DNA of 12,126 nt from the NCBI GenBank assembly GCA_034190465.1, contig JAXINV010000047.1:1-12126 (forward strand), read 5' to 3'. The notes below the pieces were generated by a model. That model did no database searches. It had not been told where the DNA came from and worked only from the letters and a program-made list of their open reading frames with translations. Source of the stretch: Candidatus Asbonarchaeum danakilense. Lineage in GTDB: Archaea > Nanohalarchaeota > Nanosalinia > Nanosalinales > Nanoanaerosalinaceae. Every line of letters begins with the position of its first letter. Positions within the stretch are counted from its first letter, which is position 1. Shown here piece after piece: positions 7,738 through 12,126 of this stretch. The translations under genes and the position numbers were made by a program.

Positions 7738-8517
7738 TCAGCTGCCGAGGTCCTGCCACGTCCCCTCGTAGACGTATCCTTTGAGGTTGTGGCGGTCCGC
7801 GAGTTTTTCGAACAGCTGTTCGACGCCGACCTTCTGTTGCTGGTCTTCGCTTGGCAGCATGTCGATGACTTCGGGCTCGAGGAGGTAGACACCGGCGTTT
7901 ATCAGGTTGCTGGGTGCGTCCTCTTCGTCTGGTTTTTCTTTGAATCCGATGATGCGGTCGCCTTTCAGCCGGACGACGCCGTACGGCGAGATGTCGTCGA
8001 CGGTTGTGAGGGCGATGGTTGAGAGGACGTCGTCGTCCCGGTGGGTCTTGACCATGTCTTCGATGTCGACGCGGCAGAGGACGTCGCCGTTCATGAGGAG
8101 GAAGGTGTCCTGGAGCATGTCGTTGACCCGGCGGAGGCTGCCTGCGGTGCCGAGCGGTTCTTCTTCTGTGATGTATTCGATACTGAGTCCGTAGTCGTCG
8201 CCCTTGCCGAAGTGGTTGGTTATGCTCTCGTGGTTGGTGCCGACGGCGAGGATGACGCGTTCCAGCCCGCTGTCGTCTAGGTGCTCGATAGTGTGCTGGA
8301 GGACGGGCTTGCCGTTGACGTTGATCATGGAATCGGGGTCGTCTTTCTCGCCGCCGCAGAGGATGATGGCGGTGTCGACCTTCTCGCGCTGGAGGTGATC
8401 CTTGAGGAACTGTTCGACGGCCTGAGACCTGTTGGTGTACTGGCCGGTGTCGACTTTCCGGTCGATCCGTTCGACGAGGTCTTCGTCGAGGGTGAGTGAG
8501 ACGCGTTGTTTTGCCAT
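7738..8517 (-). CDS. Fusion of an N-terminal RHH (CopG/NikR-like) DNA-binding domain and a sugar-phosphate nucleotidyltransferase-like domain with a degenerate catalytic loop
   Basis: aa 1-43 KQRVSLTLDEDLVERID...NRSQAVEQFL fit the RHH pattern. The rest has AIILCGG, VNGKPVLQH, EEEPLGTAGSL, LMNGDVL, YGVV, FKEKP, INAGVYLL, WQDLG of the NTP_transferase family. Confidence 0.88.
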   Translation of the reverse strand: MAKQRVSLTLDEDLVERIDRKVDTGQYTNRSQAVEQFLKDHLQREKVDTAIILCGGEKDDPDSMINVNGKPVLQHTIEHLDDSGLERVILAVGTNHESITNHFGKGDDYGLSIEYITEEEPLGTAGSLRRVNDMLQDTFLLMNGDVLCRVDIEDMVKTHRDDDVLSTIALTTVDDISPYGVVRLKGDRIIGFKEKPDEEDAPSNLINAGVYLLEPEVIDMLPSEDQQQKVGVEQLFEKLADRHNLKGYVYEGTWQDLGS

Positions 8518-8560
8518 AGGTCAACAGGTATTACGATGTATTATTTTTAAGGGTTGGGTC
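8518..8560 (-). promoter_or_regulatory. Archaeal TATA promoter of the RHH-led operon, with tandem TAATAC boxes
   Basis: Minus strand reads CAACCC-TTAAAAA-TAATAC-ATCG-TAATAC-CTGTTGACCT-ATG. The TATA-like TTAAAAAT (8550-8543) lies 26-33 nt upstream of the ATG with no SD, consistent with a near-leaderless transcript. Confidence 0.65.
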
Positions 8561-8569
8561 TGGCGTGGC

Positions 8570-8577
8570 TTTCAAGT
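8570..8577 (+). promoter_or_regulatory. Candidate TATA element for the MgtC/DUF4010 gene
   Basis: TTTCAAGT lies 24-31 nt upstream of ATG 8601, the spacing expected for a leaderless archaeal transcript; imperfect consensus match. Confidence 0.35.
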
Positions 8578-8600
8578 ACCTGGCCGCCCAATGTGCGGGC

Positions 8601-9845
8601 ATGGCGATGATTGCGGTGCCGGAGCTGCTGCAGGAGGTGCTGTTGGCGCTGGCTATCGGGGGTCTGATCGGGCTCGAGCGGGAGAACGAGCCGCAGCGCA
8701 AGTATGCTGGTCTAAGGACGTTGGCTCTCCTCTGTGGTGCCGGCCCGGCGATCGTGTCGCTGGCGGAACATACGGGGTCGATGTTCCTGACGCCGCTGTA
8801 TCTGGGGCTGGCTGTGATGCTCTCGCTTTCGATTGTCGGCGTTCGCGTATTCTTTGAGGAGGGCGTGGGATTCACGACGTCGATGGCGGCGTTCATGGTC
8901 GCCATCCTCGGCCTGTTGGTAGGATACAACATGTATTTCGAGGCGACGGCGCTGACGATATTCACTGTGACGCTTCTCGCGGAGAAGGAGAAGTTGCATG
9001 ATTATCTCGGCAAGCTGACGGATGATGAGATCTCTGACGCGATGAAGCTGGGCCTGCTGGTGTTCGTGCTGCTGCCGATCCTACCGGCGAAGCCTGTCGA
9101 CCCGCTGGGCGCGATTCACCTGCAGAAGGTGCTGGTTCTGGCGATTTTCGTGCTGCTGATCGAGTTCGTGGCGTTTATCTCGATGCGCCAGCTGGAGGGT
9201 TCGCATGGGCTGTATCTGACGGGGCTGCTCGGCGGTGTGGCGAACTCGTTCGCGACGATGGGTGTGCTTGCCCGCATCTCGAACCAAAATGATTCGCTCA
9301 GGGGTAGTGTGTCGGCTGCTGCGATGCTGGCAACTGTGAGTATGATAGTTAGGAACGTGACGATCGCTGCAGCCATCCAGGTCACGATGCTCACGTACCT
9401 CTGGAAGCCGGCTGCTGTGATGGTTGTGGTGGCGCTGGTGCTCGGCTATATCATGCGGGATGATGTTGCTGAGCGGGACTTCGCGGTCCCGATGGATTCG
9501 CCGTTCTCGTTCGTTTCGGCTGCGAAGTTCTCGCTGGCGTTTATCGCTATCGCAGTTGTTTCGACCCTTGCGGAATCTGTTGCGGGTTCATACGGGCTGT
9601 ACGCGACGGCGTACGTCGGCGGTCTGGTGTCGTCGACGGCGGTGGCGACGTCCGCCGTGACCCTGCTGACGGGCGGTACCGCGTCCCTCCCGACGGCGGC
9701 CGGTATGGTGCTGATCGGCATCTTTGCCAGCATCTCGTCGAAGATGTTCCTGGTGGAGACGGTCAACCGGGATCTCCGCCGGACGGTGACGGCGTCGCTG
9801 CTGGTGATCGGGCTGGCGGGGCTCGGTGTGTTCTTCCTGCTCTGA
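8601..9845 (+). CDS. MgtC/SapB-family membrane protein with C-terminal DUF4010
   Basis: LALAIGGLIGLERE...AGLRTLAL, GFTT, VLLPILP, LLGGVANS, PFSF, GGLVSSTA and many TM helices. Start placed at ATG 8601 (or 8607) rather than GTG 8565, which falls in the promoter region. Confidence 0.85.
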   Translation: MAMIAVPELLQEVLLALAIGGLIGLERENEPQRKYAGLRTLALLCGAGPAIVSLAEHTGSMFLTPLYLGLAVMLSLSIVGVRVFFEEGVGFTTSMAAFMVAILGLLVGYNMYFEATALTIFTVTLLAEKEKLHDYLGKLTDDEISDAMKLGLLVFVLLPILPAKPVDPLGAIHLQKVLVLAIFVLLIEFVAFISMRQLEGSHGLYLTGLLGGVANSFATMGVLARISNQNDSLRGSVSAAAMLATVSMIVRNVTIAAAIQVTMLTYLWKPAAVMVVVALVLGYIMRDDVAERDFAVPMDSPFSFVSAAKFSLAFIAIAVVSTLAESVAGSYGLYATAYVGGLVSSTAVATSAVTLLTGGTASLPTAAGMVLIGIFASISSKMFLVETVNRDLRRTVTASLLVIGLAGLGVFFLL

Positions 9846-9874
9846 CCACTCCTCGATCGGAACCACGATACAGT

Positions 9875-9949
9875 TTTCCGGAAAGCCCATGTTCTCCTGT
9901 GAGGTCGCCGGCCGCGACCTCCATGTTCCCGGAACGCTCTCTCGCAGGA
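9875..9949. repeat. Cluster of intergenic inverted and direct repeats
   Basis: Palindrome TTTCCGGAAA 9875-9884. 8-bp hairpin GAGGTCGC/GCGACCTC 9901-9921. GTTCC-C-GGAAC 9925-9935. Direct repeat CCATGTTC at 9887 and 9921. Confidence 0.5.
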
Positions 9950-9993
9950 AGGATGCACTGACCGTGTGCTCCGCGACGGATAGGTACCGGTAG

Positions 9994-10001
9994 TTTGATA
10001 A
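9994..10001 (+). promoter_or_regulatory. Candidate TATA element for the PHP gene
   Basis: TTTGATAA lies 24-31 nt upstream of ATG 10025. Confidence 0.45.
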
Positions 10002-10024
10002 CGATGCGGCGCCCGCTCGCTCCC

Positions 10025-10882
10025 ATGACGCGGACGTTCGCGGATCTTCACATGCACACGACGGCCTCGGACGGGACCGATTCGGTCGATGAACGGGTTG
10101 AGCAGGCGCAGGAGTACGGTATCGACTGCATCGCGATCACGGACCACGACGCGATGACGGACGACCTGGACGACCGGTACGAAGAACGCCAGGGGGTCGA
10201 GGTGATCGCGGGTGCGGAGATCAAGGCGGGGCTGGACGGCGACAAGGTGGAGGTGCTCGGCTACTTCCTCGATCCGGCCGACGAGGAGCTCTCACGGCTG
10301 TTCGACCGGATCGAACGCTACCGCCGTGAACGGATGCAGGAGATGGTGGCGAACGTGAACGCTGAACTGGGGGCGGAGATCACGTTCGAGGACGTGGCGT
10401 CGCGGGCCGATGCGTCGATCGGCCGCCCGCACCTCGCCCGAGCGCTGGTCGATGCCGGAGCGGCTGACAGTGTCGCTGAGGCGTTCCAGGAGTACATCGG
10501 CGACGACTGCGATGCGTACGTGGAGACTGAGAAGGTTGACGCGGCGGAGGTCATCGGGACGATCCATGACAACGGCGGTGTGGCGTCGCTGGCCCATCCC
10601 GGACGGTCGTTGACGCCTGACGACGCGTACGACAGGGTCGGCGAGCTTGTCTCGTCGGGCCTGGACGCGATCGAGGTGCCATACACGTACGACAAGCTGG
10701 ACGAGGGACGGTACCAGTTCGGCGCGGAGACGGCGAAGGACCTGGCACAGGAGTTCGATCTGCTGGTGACGGGCGGCTCTGACTGTCACGGCAGCGGGTC
10801 GGACAAGTTCTACCTGGGCGATGTCCGGCTGCCGTACCGCCACGTGGAGGCGCTGAAGGAGCGCCGCGAGGAGTACGCGTGA
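10025..10882 (+). CDS. PHP-domain phosphoesterase (COG0613, TrpH/YciV-like; candidate 3',5'-nucleoside bisphosphate phosphatase)
   Basis: ADLHMHTTASDG, AITDHD, GAEI, GRPHLARAL, LAHP, TGGSDCHG. Start placed at ATG 10025 based on domain boundary and TATA spacing. Confidence 0.9.
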   Translation: MTRTFADLHMHTTASDGTDSVDERVEQAQEYGIDCIAITDHDAMTDDLDDRYEERQGVEVIAGAEIKAGLDGDKVEVLGYFLDPADEELSRLFDRIERYRRERMQEMVANVNAELGAEITFEDVASRADASIGRPHLARALVDAGAADSVAEAFQEYIGDDCDAYVETEKVDAAEVIGTIHDNGGVASLAHPGRSLTPDDAYDRVGELVSSGLDAIEVPYTYDKLDEGRYQFGAETAKDLAQEFDLLVTGGSDCHGSGSDKFYLGDVRLPYRHVEALKERREEYA

Positions 10883-10883
10883 G

Positions 10884-11513
10884 CTATTCGATGTACCCGA
10901 GGTTGCGCAGCCGGTCCTTGATCTGTTCTTCGTCCTGCTGCGTCATGCCTGTATGCTGGTCCCGCGTTTCCAGGACGCCGAGGTCGTCCAACCGGTCGAG
11001 GACGTGGCTCACACATTCCTCCGGCGTGTCCTCGGCTGTGTTGACGGTGATCTCAGGTTCATCGGGCTCCTCGTACGGGTGGTTGACGCCGGTGAAGTTG
11101 TCGATCTCGCCGTTCTCGGCCTGCTCGTAGAGGCCCTTGGGGTCGCGCTCCTTGCAGATCTCGACGGGGCAGTCGACGAAGATCTCGATGAAGTCGCCGC
11201 CCTGTTCGATCTCGTCCCGCGCGTTCTCCCTGGCGTCCTGGAACGGGGAGATGGCGGCGACGATGACGCCGATGTCGTGCTCGTTGAGCAGGCGGGCGAT
11301 GAAGGCGACACGCCTGTTGTTGGTGGCGCGCTCCTCTTCGGTGAACCCGAGGTCAGGGTGGAGCTTGCCGCGGACGTCGTCGCCGTCGAGGTTGTGCATT
11401 TCGACGCCTCTGCTGCGGAGCTCCTCCTCGACGCGCTTGGCGACGGTGGACTTGCCTGAGCTGGGAAGCCCGGTGAACCAGAGGGTGAAGCCGCCGCGCC
11501 GCTCGTCTGTCAC
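10884..11513 (-). CDS. cysC: Adenylyl-sulfate (APS) kinase with C-terminal extension
   Basis: LWFTGLPSSGKST P-loop, LDGDDVR, LGFTEEER, AISPF, RDPKGLY, NFTGVNHPYEEP. GTG start with SD GGAGG at 11523-11527 (minus strand). Confidence 0.96.
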   Translation of the reverse strand: MTDERRGGFTLWFTGLPSSGKSTVAKRVEEELRSRGVEMHNLDGDDVRGKLHPDLGFTEEERATNNRRVAFIARLLNEHDIGVIVAAISPFQDARENARDEIEQGGDFIEIFVDCPVEICKERDPKGLYEQAENGEIDNFTGVNHPYEEPDEPEITVNTAEDTPEECVSHVLDRLDDLGVLETRDQHTGMTQQDEEQIKDRLRNLGYIE

Positions 11514-11514
11514 G

Positions 11515-12126
11515 TCAGCTCCCCTCCACGAGCGGCTGGTCGAAGCCGGTGATGGTGTCGGCGACCTCGGGCCGCATCAGTTTGTCGGATGGTGTCTCGC
11601 CGTCCTGCAGCATGTTCCGGATCTTGGTGCCGCTGGGCGTAACCCGCTCGTCGCTGCCGTGCGGGCAGATGGTCTCGGAGACGGTGTCGTTGCATTTCCG
11701 GCAGAAGAAGGCGTAGTCGTAGAACATGGGTTCGATGCCGATGCTGCCGAACTCGTCGAAGATCTCCTGGGAGGCGAACTCGTCGTAGTAGTCGCCGACC
11801 CCGGCATGGTCCCTGCCGACGATGAAGTGTGTGCAGCCGTGGTTTTTCCGGACGATCGCGTCAAATACTGCTTCGCGCGGTCCCATGTACCGCATCTTGG
11901 CGGTGAAGATCGACATGGCGGCCTGGTCCCGGTAGTAGTTCTCCATGAGGCTGCGGTAGGCTTCGAGGATGACCTCGTCCCGGTAGTCGCCTTCTTTCTT
12001 GGCACCGATCTTGGGGTGGATGAGGATGGCGTCGACGTGCTCGAGGGCGGATTTCTGCAGGTATTCGTGGCCTCTGTGCGGTGCGTTCCGCGTCTGGAAG
12101 CCGACGACGGTGTCCCAGCCCTTTTC
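11515..12126 (-). CDS. sat: Sulfate adenylyltransferase (ATP sulfurylase), C-terminal part, 5'-truncated by window
   Basis: Reading from 12126 gives EKGWDTVVGFQTRNAPHRGHEYLQK (QTRN and HxxH motifs), then MRYMGPREA, THFIVGRDHAGVG, Zn site CRKC...CPH, SGTKIR, MRPEV. The frame is open to the window edge, beyond the track's 11946 start. Confidence 0.97.
   Translation of the reverse strand, partial: EKGWDTVVGFQTRNAPHRGHEYLQKSALEHVDAILIHPKIGAKKEGDYRDEVILEAYRSLMENYYRDQAAMSIFTAKMRYMGPREAVFDAIVRKNHGCTHFIVGRDHAGVGDYYDEFASQEIFDEFGSIGIEPMFYDYAFFCRKCNDTVSETICPHGSDERVTPSGTKIRNMLQDGETPSDKLMRPEVADTITGFDQPLVEGS

Noticed and set aside
1586..8280. Apparent scarcity of CTAG (noticed only at 1586, 2350 and 8277)
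   Set aside because: CTAG avoidance is a common genome-wide trait in haloarchaea and many prokaryotes, and my count by eye may be incomplete.
2400..8500. Frequent GTCGTC/TCGTCG/GTCGAC short repeats
   Set aside because: Explained by abundant GAC (Asp) and GTC (Val) codons; no fixed-period repeat-spacer pattern, so not CRISPR or a tandem array.
7738..8517. Interpreting the RHH-NTase as a pseudogene
   Set aside because: The frame is intact, the deletion is in-frame and confined to the catalytic loop, and the other motifs and the promoter are preserved.
7172..8524. 450-aa Arg/Pro/His-rich minus-strand ORF spanning two genes
   Set aside because: Same-strand alternative frame of Asp/Glu-rich GC-biased genes; the composition is a frame artefact.
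9588..9890. Minus-strand ORF MGFPENCIVVPIEEW preceded by AGGAG
   Set aside because: Most of it runs antisense through the DUF4010 gene with shadow-type composition; no recognisable homology.
9895..9949. Cloverleaf-like fold considered as a tRNA
   Set aside because: Too short (55 nt), only two inner arms, and no T-loop GTTCRA or D-loop consensus in the right positions.

Overview
GC-rich, very compact window with strongly acidic (D/E-rich) cytoplasmic proteins and archaeal-type TATA and Shine-Dalgarno signals. It is most consistent with an extremely halophilic archaeon; Nanohaloarchaeota is plausible but is an inference. The 13 genes, two truncated by the window edges, form a surface-glycosylation, nucleotide-sugar and sulfate-activation island. 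(1) Plus-strand trio: tail of a membrane protein (possible GT-C glycosyltransferase), an AglJ-like GT2 and a UPF0104 flippase-like protein. (2) A six-gene minus-strand run: ribbon-helix-helix (RHH) domain fused to a nucleotidyltransferase domain lacking its catalytic loop, divergent HAD-IIB-like protein, PfkB kinase, divergent UDP-GlcNAc 2-epimerase, cupin, and an AlkP/NPP-superfamily enzyme. (3) A divergently transcribed MgtC/DUF4010 membrane protein and a PHP hydrolase. (4) Minus-strand sat (partial) and cysC. The best leads are a probable nucleotide-sugar-sensing repressor built from a dead nucleotidyltransferase, with a candidate operator in its own promoter, and a CysC carrying an extra RLxxLGY tail that the neighbouring AlkP-family enzyme lacks, hinting at a non-canonical PAPS-to-glycan sulfation route. 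No RNA genes, CRISPR arrays or mobile elements were recognised. All calls come from motif reading only.
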